A DNA stretch of 64,000 nt, from NCBI GenBank assembly GCA_963748015.1, contig CAVVHE010000004.1, positions 1,632,001 through 1,696,000 of the forward strand, written 5' to 3'. This stretch comes from Terriglobia bacterium. Lineage in GTDB: Bacteria > Acidobacteriota > Polarisedimenticolia > Polarisedimenticolales > JAIQFR01. The position numbers were made by a program, and so were the translations under genes. This document shows, one piece after another, positions 8,574 through 22,234 of the stretch. The number at the start of each line of letters is the position of its first letter. The first letter of the stretch is position 1. The notes under the pieces were generated by a model. It saw only the letters and a program-made list of their open reading frames with translations, had not been told where the DNA came from and made no database searches.

Positions 8574-9566
8574 TCAGGCCTCCCAGCCCTGGAGGATCCG
8601 CGCGTAGTTCGCCCGCTCGAAGGCCTTCGCGTCGGGGCAGCGGACCAGGTTCATGCTCCCCTGCATCTGCCGCAGCGACTCGTACTCGTGCGTCTCGAGC
8701 CACTCGGCCAGCTGCTCCCGGAGCGTTCGAAGGTGCGACACGCCGTTCCGCAGCAGCACCGACACGAGCTGCACCGCGTGCGCCCCGGTCATCACCGCCT
8801 TGACCGCGTCCACCGCGGTGTGCACCCCGCCGGTCACCGCCAGAGAACACTTGATGCGGCCGGACAGGACCGCGAGCCACCGCAGTCTCAGCAGCAGCTC
8901 GGTGGAGTCGGACAGCTCGAGGGCGCGGACGACCTCGAGCTGGTCCACGTCGATGTCCGGCTGATAGAAGCGGTTGAACAGGACCAGGCCGTCGGCTCCC
9001 GCGTCGTCGAGCCGCTTCGCGAAGTGCGCCATCGACGTGTAGAAGGGCGAGAGCTTCACCGCCACCGGGATCCGCACGCTGCCCTTCACGGCGCGGAGCA
9101 TGACCTCGGCGCGGTTCTCGAGCACCTCCCCCGTTTCCGAGGAGTCGGTCGCCAGGTAGTAGACGTTGAGCTCGAGAGCGTCGGCGCCGGCGTCCTCCAT
9201 CAGCCGCGCGTACTGGAGCCAGCCCCCCTCGGTCGCCCCGTTCAGCGAGGCGATCACCGGGACCTTCACGGCCGCCTTGATCCGCCGGATCTGTTCGAGG
9301 TACTCGTCCGGCCCGAGGGCGAACACGCCGGTGTCGGGGAGGTAGGAGCGCGCCTCCGCGAACGACTCGGCGTGGGTGTCCATGTAGCGGGAGGCGGCGA
9401 GCTGCTCGCCCACCACCTGTTCCTCGAAGAGGGAGCGCATCACGATGGCGGAGGCGCCCACGTCCTCCAGCCGGCGCACCGTGTCCAGGTCGTCCACGAG
9501 GGGCGAGGCGCCGGGCATCAGGGGATGGGCGAGCTTCAGGCCGAGGTATTCCGTGGTCAGATCCAT
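8574..9566 (-). CDS. Dihydroorotate dehydrogenase-like flavoprotein (PFOR-associated)
   Basis: SLFEEQ, IASLNG, ELNVY, AVKLSPF and LFNRFYQPDID motifs. Confidence 0.9.
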   Translation of the reverse strand: MDLTTEYLGLKLAHPLMPGASPLVDDLDTVRRLEDVGASAIVMRSLFEEQVVGEQLAASRYMDTHAESFAEARSYLPDTGVFALGPDEYLEQIRRIKAAVKVPVIASLNGATEGGWLQYARLMEDAGADALELNVYYLATDSSETGEVLENRAEVMLRAVKGSVRIPVAVKLSPFYTSMAHFAKRLDDAGADGLVLFNRFYQPDIDVDQLEVVRALELSDSTELLLRLRWLAVLSGRIKCSLAVTGGVHTAVDAVKAVMTGAHAVQLVSVLLRNGVSHLRTLREQLAEWLETHEYESLRQMQGSMNLVRCPDAKAFERANYARILQGWEA

Positions 9567-9578
9567 GGGCCTCTCCTC

Positions 9579-13175
<3,597 letters not shown>

Positions 13176-13480
13176 GCGATGCCTCCTTAGTTATCCCCCG
13201 GGGCGGATCGGCGAAGCCGGTCGTCCTGGCGGGATGCCCCGCGTGAAAACGAACGAGTTCCCTTTCCCCGTCCTTTCGACCTGCGGCGGTCTCCAAGGCG
13301 CCAATCGGCCTCGACGTCGCTCTCGCTGTATCGGCGAGAAAGGTAGCTTGGGGGACACAGTAGCATGTAGAAGGCGCCGCGAAAAGAACCTATTTCGCTC
13401 CCGAGAGTGCGACAACCGGCGGTCCTGGCCACGACGGGAGTTGCTGCTATCCTGTCCCCCACTCCACGCTAGGAGGAGTC

Positions 13481-14500
13481 ATGAGCAAGCCGGTCGCGCT
13501 GGTCACCGGAGCAAGCGGAGAGATGGGGCACCTGCTCCTGCCCGCTCTCGAGAATCGTGGTTTCGACATCGTGTCGCTCGACTTGGCGCCGCTCGGCGCG
13601 GAGCAGTCGGCGCGTTGCGTCGAGGCCGCGCAGGCGAGCATTCTGGACGCGAGCCGCGTGGAGGCTCTGTTCGACCGCTACCGCCCCGCGGCGATCTTCC
13701 ACCTCGCCGCGGTCCTCTCGACCAAGGCGGAGAAGGACCCGGACCTCGCCTACGACGTGAACACCAACGGCACCGTGTCCCTCTTCCGGCTGGCGGGCAA
13801 GGAGGCGCTGCGGCGCGGCGAGAGCGTCAGGTTCTTCTTCCCCAGCAGCATCGCAGTCTACGGTCTTCCCGACGCGCGGGCGAAGGAGGCGGCGGGGGCG
13901 CTCAAGGAGAGCGACTTCAACTGTCCCGCGGGGATGTACGGGATCAACAAGCTCTTCTGCGAGATGCTCGGGAGCTACTTCACGGAGCGCGCCGGGAAGC
14001 GCCGGGAGCCCGGCATCGACTTCCGGGCGATCCGGTTCCCGGGACTGGTGTCGGCCGAGACGCTCCCCTCCGGGGGTACGAGCGACTACGCGCCGGAGAT
14101 GATCCACGCGGCGGCCTCGGGCAAGCCGTACGCCTGCTTCGTCCGTCCGGACACGCGCCTGCCGTTCATGACGATGCCCGACGCGGTGGACGCTCTCCTC
14201 TCGCTCACCTTCGCCGACGCCGCCACACTGACGACCCGCGTGTACAACATCGGCGCCTTCAGCCCGTCCGCGGCGGAGATCCGCGCGGCCGTCCTCGAGC
14301 ACTTTCCCGGAGCTTCGATCGGCTTCGAGCCGGTCGCGGCGCGCCAGGCGATCGTCGACACGTGGCCCGCCGACGTGGACGACCGCAGGGCGCGCGTGGA
14401 TTGGGGCCACTCCCCGAAGCACGGGCTGCGCGAGGCGGTGAGAGACTACCTCGTCCCCGCGCTCGCCCGGCGGTACGGCGCCAGGTCCGTCTCGAGCTAG
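13481..14500 (+). CDS. NAD-dependent epimerase/dehydratase (extended SDR, L-threonine 3-dehydrogenase-like)
   Basis: TGASGEMG, HLAAVLS, PSSIAVYG, YGINK and GGTSDYA; AGGAGG RBS. Confidence 0.85.
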   Translation: MSKPVALVTGASGEMGHLLLPALENRGFDIVSLDLAPLGAEQSARCVEAAQASILDASRVEALFDRYRPAAIFHLAAVLSTKAEKDPDLAYDVNTNGTVSLFRLAGKEALRRGESVRFFFPSSIAVYGLPDARAKEAAGALKESDFNCPAGMYGINKLFCEMLGSYFTERAGKRREPGIDFRAIRFPGLVSAETLPSGGTSDYAPEMIHAAASGKPYACFVRPDTRLPFMTMPDAVDALLSLTFADAATLTTRVYNIGAFSPSAAEIRAAVLEHFPGASIGFEPVAARQAIVDTWPADVDDRRARVDWGHSPKHGLREAVRDYLVPALARRYGARSVSS

Positions 14501-14637
14501 CCCCCGCGCCTGTCCAGTCAAGTAGATGACAACAATGCACTTATCGACGGCGCCCGCGGTCCGTCCGCGGGCGGTCCGCAGTTTTTCGACGGCGCCGTCC
14601 ACAAGCGAAAAGCCCCGTTTCGAGGGGCACGTCGGGG

Positions 14638-14643
14638 TATAAT
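14638..14643 (+). promoter_or_regulatory. Putative -10 box upstream of the histone-like gene
   Basis: Perfect TATAAT 50 nt before the start codon; no clear -35. Confidence 0.5.
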
Positions 14644-14692
14644 CGCGCCACGACGGGCACGATGCCCGGCCCGGCGGAAGGAGGTTCTCGAG

Positions 14693-15124
14693 ATGGCGAA
14701 AGCAGCGAAAAAGAAGGCCTCGCCGAAGAAGAAGACGGCCAAGAAGAAGACGGCCGCCAAGAAGAAGGCCTTGAAGAAAGCGCCGAAGAAGATCGCGAAG
14801 AAGACCGCGAAGAAGAAGGTCACCAAGAAGGTAGCGAAGAAGGTCGCGAAGAAAGTCGCGAAGAAGGCCGTCAAGAAGCCCGCGAAGAAAATCGCGCCGA
14901 AGCCGGCCGCGAAGACCGCGATCGCGCGGAGGCCGGCCGTGGAGAAAGTCGTTCCCGGCAAGACGGCCTCCGCCCCGCCCAAGAAGGAACGCATGGCGCC
15001 GCCCCCGAGGCCGCCCGTGCCGCCGCCGACGCCCGTCGCGACCGACGCTCCCATCCGGCAGGAAGAGGCGTGGCCCGTCTCCCCGCTGGACAAGCCGGTC
15101 CCTCCCTCGGATAGCGGGATCTGA
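14693..15124 (+). CDS. Histone H1-like Lys/Ala-rich protein with Pro-rich tail
   Basis: Repeated AKK/VAKK motifs over about 75 aa; AAGGAGG RBS. Confidence 0.8.
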   Translation: MAKAAKKKASPKKKTAKKKTAAKKKALKKAPKKIAKKTAKKKVTKKVAKKVAKKVAKKAVKKPAKKIAPKPAAKTAIARRPAVEKVVPGKTASAPPKKERMAPPPRPPVPPPTPVATDAPIRQEEAWPVSPLDKPVPPSDSGI

Positions 15125-15127
15125 GTC

Positions 15128-15162
15128 GTCGGACGGGACGCGCCCCGAGCGTCCCGTCCGAC
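15128..15162 (+). terminator. Hairpin directly after the histone-like gene
   Basis: Perfect 14-bp stem GTCGGACGGGACGC / GCGTCCCGTCCGAC; no U-tract. Confidence 0.45.
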
Positions 15163-15236
15163 TCCGTTCCTAGGGCGCGACGGTCTCGTCGCGAGTTGCC
15201 CGCGTCGCGGGAACGGATGATTTTCACTTCCGCGCC

Positions 15237-15869
15237 GTGGCCACCTTCACGCATCGCGTCCTGCTAGCCCTTGCGCAGGCCGTTCTCTACGTGCCTGGAA
15301 AGCACTACTTCGGCTTCACGGTGCGGGGAGCCGGGAACCTCCCGCGCCGCGGCGGCGCGATCCTCTGCGCGAACCACGCGTCCTTCCTCGATTCGGTCGT
15401 GCTGCAGGCCCCGTTCCGCCGTCCGATCCACTACCTGATGACGGCGGAGTTCTTCTACGCTCCCCGCTACCGCTGGGCCGCGTGGGCGTTCGAGGCGATC
15501 CCCGTCTCGGAAGACTCGGCCAACGCGTCGGCCCTCGAGGCCGCCGGCGCCGTGCTGGAGGCGGGCGACGTGGTCGGCGTGTTCCCGGAAGGCGCCATCT
15601 CCCGGGACGGCAAGCTCGGGGCCTTCCGCTCGGGCGCCGCGGTCCTCGCGATGCGCCACGGCGCGCCGCTGGTACCCGCGTTTCTCGACGGCACCTTCGA
15701 CGCGCTCCCCCGCGGCGCCAAGCGCATCCGGCGCGCCCGCGTGGCCTTGCGCGTCGGCGAGCCGATCGCGGTCGAGCGATCGAGAAAGGCGACCCTCGAC
15801 GGCGACGAGGTCGCGGCGCTGACCACCCGCCTCCACGCCGCCGTCGCCGCCCTCGCCCGACCCGGCTGA
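15237..15869 (+). CDS. Lysophospholipid acyltransferase (PlsC-like)
   Basis: NHASFLD and FPEG motifs. Confidence 0.9.
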   Translation: MATFTHRVLLALAQAVLYVPGKHYFGFTVRGAGNLPRRGGAILCANHASFLDSVVLQAPFRRPIHYLMTAEFFYAPRYRWAAWAFEAIPVSEDSANASALEAAGAVLEAGDVVGVFPEGAISRDGKLGAFRSGAAVLAMRHGAPLVPAFLDGTFDALPRGAKRIRRARVALRVGEPIAVERSRKATLDGDEVAALTTRLHAAVAALARPG

Positions 15870-15894
15870 GATCGAGGAACTCGCGTCATCGCAA

Positions 15895-15961
15895 GTCCCG
15901 AGGCGGGAGGGTCCGGAGACAGCCCTTTTTCGGGCTGGCGAGGACACTCCCGCCTCGGGAC
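15895..15961 (+). repeat. REP-like element family B, copy 4
   Basis: Core GGAGACAGCCCTTTTTCGGGCTGGCGA (15915-15941) in 20-bp arms (1 mismatch). Confidence 0.9.
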
Positions 15962-15974
15962 GCTGCTGACCGCG

Positions 15975-18494
15975 TCAGCTCGGGGTCTTGACGAGGGCCT
16001 GCGAGAGGACGCGGCGGACGCTCTCGACGTCGAGCGGCTTCACGAGCACGCGATTCGGCAGCCCCTCGAGGAAGCGCAACGTCTCCTCGCGGACGAGATC
16101 GCCGGTCGCGAAGACGAAGCGCCGGATCATCTCGGGGCGCTCGGCGGCAGCGCGCTCGTAGAGACCCTTGCCGTCGAGATTCGGCATGCGCATGTCGGTC
16201 ACCACGAGATCGAAGTCCACCTCGGCGATGCGGCTCCACGCCTCCTCGCCGTCGTGCGCGACGGTCACGTCGGCACCGTCCTGCAGCAGCAGGCGGGAGA
16301 CGAGGTCGGCCACGGACGGCTCGTCCTCGGCCACGAGGACCCGGCGCCCTTCGAGATACCTCGCGAGCCGGCCGCCCTCGCGGCTTTCGGGCGAAGCGCC
16401 CCGCGCCTGCCCAAGGGCGACGTCGGCCGGGAGCAGGAGCGCGAAGCAGGCGCCGCTGCCGCTCGACGCGGTGGACAGCTCCAGGCGGCCGCCGTGCTCC
16501 CGCGCGATGCCGTACGAGACGGAGAGCCCGAGGCCCGTCCCCTGCCCGGGCTCCTTGGTGGTGAAGAAAGGATCGAAGATGCGCTCGCGGATCGTCGCCG
16601 GGACGCCGGGACCGTCGTCCTCGATCTCGACGGCGACAAAGCCGTCACGCTGGCGCGTCCGCAGCGTGATCCGGCCCGGGCGCCCGAGGGCCGATATCGC
16701 CTGCTCGGCGTTGTTCACGAGGTTCAGGATCACCTGCTCCACCTGGTGGAAGTCGAACAGGGTTTGCGGGAGCCCTGCGGCGAGGTCGAGGGTCACCTCG
16801 ATCCTCGAGGACCGGAGCTGGTAGGCCTTGAGGTCGAGGACCTTTTCGACGCAGGCGTTGACGTCCTCGATGCGCTTCTCCGCGACGTGCTTCCGCGCGA
16901 ACGAGAGGAGGTTCAGCACGATCTTCTGGCAACGGCGCGCGGAATCCACGATGCGCTCGAGGTCCCGTCCCTGTTGCGGGTCGCCCGCCTGGATCTGGAG
17001 GAGCTGGGCGTATCCGAGGACGGCGGAGAGGGGGTTGTTCAGCTCGTGCGCGACGCCGGCGACGACCTCGCCGATGCTCGACAGCCGCTCGGCCTGCGCC
17101 AGGGATCTCTCGACCTGCCGAAGCTCGGTCACGTCCCGCCCGATCCAGACGCGGCCGGCGGCCTCTCCCGAGGGCCCCACCAGCGGGGCATCCACGAGGC
17201 TGACGAAGACCTGCGAGCCGTCGGGACGGGATATCGCGACGTCCCGCGGCGCCGGCTCGTCCACCCCTCCCGGTCGAGGTCCGAGCGAGCCGGGCTCGCG
17301 GTCCAGGACCTTGGCGAGCGGACGGCCGGTCGCGTGCTCCGGCGTGAGGCCGGTGATCCGCGCGGCACCCCGGTTGAACTCGGTGATCCTCCCCTCGGTG
17401 TCGGTTCCCACGATCATGTCGGGGGTGCAGTCGAGGACCCTGCGCAGCTTCTCGCTGGTGCTGCGGTGACGGGCCGCTTCCATGGCGACGTCGCGGAAGA
17501 GCAGCGCGTTCTTGAGGGCGTTCGCGGACGCTCCCGCGGCGACGCGGCAGAAGCGGATCTCGACGGGGGTGAACGGCGTCTCGCGGCTCGCGCGCAGGAA
17601 CAGGGTCCCGAGCACCTCCTTGCCGAACACGAGCGGGAGCACGAGGAGCGACCGGTACCCCATCCGCAGGAGCTGCTCCCTCACCGGGGCCACGATCGGG
17701 TCGTGCTCGACGTCCCTCACGATCACCGGCTCGCGCGTCTCGATCGCCCTCTGGATCTCCGGGTACTTCGCGAGGTCGATCTCGAGCATGTCCGCGTCGG
17801 GGTTGTCGTTGGCCGCCACGACGAAGCAGCTGCGGAGCCGCTCGTCCACGAGGAGGATCGAGCAGCGGTGCGCGCGCACCAGGTCCCCCACCCGCTGCAC
17901 GATGAGCCGCATCACCTGCCGCACGTCGAGGGTTCCGGTAACCGCGTCGCTGATCTCGAGCAGGGCCCTGAGCTCCTCGCTCTCGCGCTTGGCGTGGCGC
18001 AGCGTGTCGAGGGTTCCGGTGACCTGGCGGAGGAGCGGCCCGAGGTACCACGCCACGGCGAGCAGGAACAGGACGCGCGAGGCGAAGGCGAGGCTCAGCG
18101 CCGGGGGGGACGCGAACATCGTGACGGAAGAGGCGGCGTACAGGGCGAGGATCGAGTACTGCGCGAGCGCCGACTGCGTCCGGTCGCGCGCGACGGCCGC
18201 GGCCAGGACGATCAGGAAGAACGAGATCAGGAGGGCGGGGTCCACCGCCGGCGCCCCGGCGAGTGCCAGGGCGGGAAGGAGCGTGTCGGTCAGGACCAGC
18301 ACCGGGGCGGAGCGCGAGAGCCCGAACGGGAGGACGTGACCCGCCACCGCGCTGGCCAGGAGCACCCCGGTCATCGCGTACAGGAACGGAGTCGTCGCGC
18401 CGTTGGACCACGCCACCGCGAGCGTCGCGAGAAGGAGAACCCATCGGAGCACGAGGAGGCCCGTCCGCCCCCCGAAGCCGCGCGCGCCTATCAT
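15975..18494 (-). CDS. Membrane hybrid sensor kinase (TM-GAF-PAS-HisKA-HATPase-REC)
   Basis: GVAHELNNPL H-box, N/G1/F/G2 boxes, and a C-terminal receiver (AEDE...TDMRMP...KP). Confidence 0.92.
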   Translation of the reverse strand: MIGARGFGGRTGLLVLRWVLLLATLAVAWSNGATTPFLYAMTGVLLASAVAGHVLPFGLSRSAPVLVLTDTLLPALALAGAPAVDPALLISFFLIVLAAAVARDRTQSALAQYSILALYAASSVTMFASPPALSLAFASRVLFLLAVAWYLGPLLRQVTGTLDTLRHAKRESEELRALLEISDAVTGTLDVRQVMRLIVQRVGDLVRAHRCSILLVDERLRSCFVVAANDNPDADMLEIDLAKYPEIQRAIETREPVIVRDVEHDPIVAPVREQLLRMGYRSLLVLPLVFGKEVLGTLFLRASRETPFTPVEIRFCRVAAGASANALKNALLFRDVAMEAARHRSTSEKLRRVLDCTPDMIVGTDTEGRITEFNRGAARITGLTPEHATGRPLAKVLDREPGSLGPRPGGVDEPAPRDVAISRPDGSQVFVSLVDAPLVGPSGEAAGRVWIGRDVTELRQVERSLAQAERLSSIGEVVAGVAHELNNPLSAVLGYAQLLQIQAGDPQQGRDLERIVDSARRCQKIVLNLLSFARKHVAEKRIEDVNACVEKVLDLKAYQLRSSRIEVTLDLAAGLPQTLFDFHQVEQVILNLVNNAEQAISALGRPGRITLRTRQRDGFVAVEIEDDGPGVPATIRERIFDPFFTTKEPGQGTGLGLSVSYGIAREHGGRLELSTASSGSGACFALLLPADVALGQARGASPESREGGRLARYLEGRRVLVAEDEPSVADLVSRLLLQDGADVTVAHDGEEAWSRIAEVDFDLVVTDMRMPNLDGKGLYERAAAERPEMIRRFVFATGDLVREETLRFLEGLPNRVLVKPLDVESVRRVLSQALVKTPS

Positions 18495-18529
18495 CGTGTC
18501 CCCCGCCAGCCCAAGGGCTTGTCCGACAA

Positions 18530-18565
18530 TGCGTTTGTATAATTACGCATATGTATACAACCGCA
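18530..18565. promoter_or_regulatory. AT-rich operator-like palindrome
   Basis: TGCGTTTGTATA-N12-TATACAACCGCA (11 of 12 pairs) just upstream of the kinase start. Confidence 0.5.
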
Positions 18566-18620
18566 AATATATTGCTGCGCACTGCAAAGACAAGCTGGAC
18601 GGGGCGGGTGGCGGGGCGAG

Positions 18621-18649
18621 TTGACAGGCAAGCGCCGCCGCTCGATAAT
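18621..18649 (+). promoter_or_regulatory. Sigma70 promoter of the tRNA
   Basis: TTGACA-17 nt-GATAAT, 6 nt before the tRNA 5' end. Confidence 0.85.
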
Positions 18650-18655
18650 GTCGCC

Positions 18656-18730
18656 GGCGCTATCGTCTAGGGGTTAGGACGGGTGGTTCTCAGCCATCAA
18701 ACCGGGGTTCGAATCCCCGTAGCGCTACCA
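18656..18730 (+). tRNA. tRNA-Glu (anticodon CTC)
   Basis: Acceptor GGCGCTA/TAGCGCT, anticodon arm GGTGG-TTCTCAG-CCATC, T-loop GTTCGAATC, encoded CCA. Confidence 0.95.
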
Positions 18731-18757
18731 ACCCTTTACTGAGAAACGAACCGCGAG

Positions 18758-19078
18758 CTAGGCGTCGATCTTCGGCGTTTCCGCGGTCGATTCCGCCGGG
18801 ATGATATCGAGCTGCGCGGGGAACCGCGTGTCGGGAAACAGCCGCTGGAGGATGCTCAGGACGTTGCGGCGGACGTCGTCGATCCGGTCGGTGGTCATCC
18901 GCTCCGGAATGAGCTTCCCGAGGTACTCGTCTTCCCCCATGCGGCACAGCAGCAGGAACGTCGGATCGTCGGACGAGACGTAGCGCCGCTCGGCGACCGT
19001 GAGCATCGTCATCCGACGCCTCATCTGGCTGTCGAGCTTGAGCCCCACGAAGATCGGGTGCCTGTCGCTGAGTTTCAC
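18758..19078 (-). CDS. Hypothetical protein (106 aa)
   Basis: Protein-like composition, AAGGAG upstream of the GTG start; no family recognised. Confidence 0.7.
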   Translation of the reverse strand: MKLSDRHPIFVGLKLDSQMRRRMTMLTVAERRYVSSDDPTFLLLCRMGEDEYLGKLIPERMTTDRIDDVRRNVLSILQRLFPDTRFPAQLDIIPAESTAETPKIDA

Positions 19079-19178
19079 GGAAAAGGAACTCCTTCCGGAC
19101 CGCCGTCATGGCCTCCGCCTTGCATAAGAAGGGTCGCAGGAGCCCGGGGGAAAGTCAAGGGCCGCGAAGCTCGGACGA

Positions 19179-20546
19179 TCAGCCCTCGCGTTCGAGCACC
19201 TCGAGGATCTCCTCGGTTTTCTCCTGCATCAGCGCGGCGTCGCCGCGCGACTCCACGTTGAGCCGGATCAGCGGCTCGGTGTTCGAGGCGCGCAGGTTGA
19301 AGCGCCACCGGTCGAATTCGATCCCGACGCCGTCGGTCTCGTCCACCCGGAGCGCCCCGGTCCCGTAGACGGACCGCACTCGCCGGATCGCCGCGGCCGG
19401 GTCGGCCACCCTGCGGTTGATCTCGCCGCTCGCGGGATAGCGGCGCATCCGCTCCGCGACCAGATCGCTCAGCGGCTTGCCGGTTTCGCTCATGATCGCC
19501 ACCACCAGGAGCCACGGGATCATCCCGCTGTCGCAGTACGAGAAGGGCCGGAAGAAGTGGTGGGCCGACATCTCCCCCCCGTACTCGGCATCCTCTCGAC
19601 GCATGACCTCCTTCATGAAGGCGTGCCCGGACTTGCTCTGGACCGGAACGCCGCCTCCCTCCCGGACCATCTCGATGGTGTTCCAGGTGAGGCGCGGGTC
19701 GTGGACGATCCGGGCGCCGGGATTGCGCTTGAGCACCTGCGAGGCCAGGAGGCCGACGATGTAGTACCCCTCGATGAACTGCCCCGCGTGGTCGAACAGG
19801 AAGCACCGGTCGAAGTCGCCGTCCCAGGCGATGCCGACGTCGGCCCGCTCGGCGAGCACGGCGTCGGCCGTCACCTTGCGATTCTCGACGAGCAGCGGGT
19901 TCGGAACGCCGTTCGGGAAGTGGCCGTCGGGGGCGTGGTTCAGCTTCACGAGGCGGAACGGCAGGCGCTTCTCGAGCCGGTCGAGGACCACTCCCGCGCC
20001 GCCGTTCCCGGCGTTCACGACGAGCTTGAACGGCCGGAGCGCGGCGACGTCCACGTACGACAGGAGGTGGTCCACGTAGTCCGGGAGGATGTCCAGCGTC
20101 TCGACCCTGCCGCTCCCCGGGGCGGGACCCAGGTCGTCCGCGAGCACTCTCCGCTCGATCTCCACGAGCCCGGTGTCCGCGCTGATCGGCTTCCCCTTCT
20201 CCCGCACCAGCTTGAGACCGTTGTAGTCCACGGGGTTGTGGCTCGCCGTGATCATGACGCCGCCGTCGAGACCGAGGTGGAAGGTCGCGAAATACACCCC
20301 CTCGGTCCCGCAGGCCCCGATGTCCACCACGTCGACACCCGACGCGGTCAGCGCGTCGCGCATCACTCCCGCCAGCTCCGGGCTCGTGAGGCGGATGTCG
20401 TACCCCACCGCCACGCGGCGCGGGCGCACGAATGCGGCGTAGGCGCGGCCGATCTTGTAGACCAGGTCCCGGTTCAGCTCGTCCGGGATCCGGCCGCGGA
20501 TGTCGTAGGCCTTGAAGCAGGCGAGATGCTGGTTTCCGGCGCCCAT
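19179..20546 (-). CDS. Phosphomannomutase/phosphoglucomutase
   Basis: FKAYDIRG, ITASHNP, DGDFDR, GEMSAH and LRASNTEP motifs. Confidence 0.95.
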   Translation of the reverse strand: MGAGNQHLACFKAYDIRGRIPDELNRDLVYKIGRAYAAFVRPRRVAVGYDIRLTSPELAGVMRDALTASGVDVVDIGACGTEGVYFATFHLGLDGGVMITASHNPVDYNGLKLVREKGKPISADTGLVEIERRVLADDLGPAPGSGRVETLDILPDYVDHLLSYVDVAALRPFKLVVNAGNGGAGVVLDRLEKRLPFRLVKLNHAPDGHFPNGVPNPLLVENRKVTADAVLAERADVGIAWDGDFDRCFLFDHAGQFIEGYYIVGLLASQVLKRNPGARIVHDPRLTWNTIEMVREGGGVPVQSKSGHAFMKEVMRREDAEYGGEMSAHHFFRPFSYCDSGMIPWLLVVAIMSETGKPLSDLVAERMRRYPASGEINRRVADPAAAIRRVRSVYGTGALRVDETDGVGIEFDRWRFNLRASNTEPLIRLNVESRGDAALMQEKTEEILEVLEREG

Positions 20547-20646
20547 GAGTTGGTCCTCCGCAACCACCCGAACCCGTCGAGGATAGCAGATGCTTGCGGG
20601 CTCCCGGCGGTCCTCTCGGCTATGCTCTTGCCGGGAACGCAACGCC

Positions 20647-22221
20647 ATGAAACGGGAAGACGGACGGGAAGGAGCGGTCTCGCGCCGCGGGGAGCGGGGG
20701 GCGACGCCCCTCCTCGCGTGGGCTTCGCTCGTCCTCGTCGCGGTGGTGCCTTACCTCGGCTCGCTGGCGAACCCCCTGATTCACGACGACCGGACGCTGC
20801 TCGACAACGCCTGGCTTCGCTCGGAGGCCTCCGTGGCTTCGGTGTTCGCCCACGACTACTGGCACGGAACGAGGCACGGGGGCTCCGACCTGTACCGGCC
20901 GCTGACCGTACTCTCGCTCGCATGGAACCTCCGCTTCGCTCCCGGCAGGGGCGCCTTCCATGCCGTGAACCTCCTCCTCCACGCGGGGACGGTCCTTCTC
21001 GCGGCGTTGGCGCTGCGGGAGGTGCTCCGCGTCCTCCGGCCGCCGCCACTCGGGCCGAGCGCCCACCGAGGGAGCGCGCTCCCCTTCGCGGCCTGGGCGG
21101 GGGCCGCCCTCTTCGCGGTCCACCCGCTCGGAAGCGAGGCCGTGCTGCTCGCGGTCGGCCGCGGCGAGCTGCTCGCGGCCGGCTTCGGCCTTGGCGCGTT
21201 CGTCCTCCTGGCGCGCGCCGACGAGCGCGACGGCTGGGGCGGCTGGCCGCTGGCCGCGGCGCTCGTCCTGTTCTTCCTGGCGCTCGCGTCCAAGGAAAGC
21301 GCCGCGGCATGGCTCGTCATCGGCACGGCGTGGTGGACCGCGCGCCGCGCCGCGGGGACTCCGCCGCGCGGGCTGCTCCTGGCGCGGGCGGCCGCGTTCG
21401 CGGCGGTGTTCGCCTCGTTTCTCCTGCTGCGGGGCTCGGCGGTGGGATTCGAGCCCCACACGCCTCCCGCCGTGGACAATCCCCTCGTCTCGACCGACAC
21501 GGCGACCCGCGTCGCGAACGCCGCGATCCTGCAGGGGAGGTACGGGCTCAAGATGCTCCTTCCCCTCCGGCTGACCACCGAGTACGGCCTCGACGAGACG
21601 CGCGCGATCCCCCTGCTCCCGTGGGGAGCCGCGGCGGCGCTCGGTCTCGCGGCGGCGTACCTCGCCGTGCTCGCCGCGCTCTGGTTCAAGGTCTCCCGTC
21701 CGGCCGCGTTCCTGTGGGTCTTCGCTCCCGCCGCGTTCGCGGTGACGGGGAACTTCGCTCTCCCCATCGGCACGATCTTCGGCGAGCGCCTCGCCTACCT
21801 CCCGCTCCTCGGCGCGTGCGGTCTCGCCGGGCTCGGCCTGGCCGCCATACCCGGTCCGGCGTGGCGGAGGTCGGTGGCCGCCGCGGCGATCCTGCTCCTC
21901 GCCTCGGCGAGGACGACGGTCCGGGCGGGCGATTTCCGCGGAGTGGTGGCGCTGCACGAGGCCACGGCCCGCGCGTCGCCGAATTCCGTCAAGGCGCTGA
22001 TCAACCTCGGGCGCACGCGTCTTCGGATCCAGAACCGCCCCGGGGAGGCCGCGGAGATCCTGGAGCGTGCCGCGACGCTGCTACCCGACTACTCTCGCAC
22101 GCTCCGGCTCCTGTCGGAGGCGTACGACGCGATGAACCGACCCGACCTGGCGGCCGAGTGGCGGCAGAAGGCGGAGGCGGCGGAGCGCCGCCTTCCGCAG
22201 GCCGCCGTCGAGCCGCCCTGA
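20647..22221 (+). CDS. TMTC-like membrane protein (putative GT-C glycosyltransferase) with C-terminal TPRs
   Basis: DD near the N-terminus, YRPLT, HAVNLLLH, FAVHP..SEAV, SKESA and ERLAYLP, then TPR helices. Confidence 0.75.
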   Translation: MKREDGREGAVSRRGERGATPLLAWASLVLVAVVPYLGSLANPLIHDDRTLLDNAWLRSEASVASVFAHDYWHGTRHGGSDLYRPLTVLSLAWNLRFAPGRGAFHAVNLLLHAGTVLLAALALREVLRVLRPPPLGPSAHRGSALPFAAWAGAALFAVHPLGSEAVLLAVGRGELLAAGFGLGAFVLLARADERDGWGGWPLAAALVLFFLALASKESAAAWLVIGTAWWTARRAAGTPPRGLLLARAAAFAAVFASFLLLRGSAVGFEPHTPPAVDNPLVSTDTATRVANAAILQGRYGLKMLLPLRLTTEYGLDETRAIPLLPWGAAAALGLAAAYLAVLAALWFKVSRPAAFLWVFAPAAFAVTGNFALPIGTIFGERLAYLPLLGACGLAGLGLAAIPGPAWRRSVAAAAILLLASARTTVRAGDFRGVVALHEATARASPNSVKALINLGRTRLRIQNRPGEAAEILERAATLLPDYSRTLRLLSEAYDAMNRPDLAAEWRQKAEAAERRLPQAAVEPP

Positions 22222-22234
22222 GGAGGCCCCCGAC

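Noticed and set aside
18656..18730. tRNA-Glu as an integration site for an island
   Set aside because: No integrase nearby and I saw no duplicate of the tRNA 3' end in the window.
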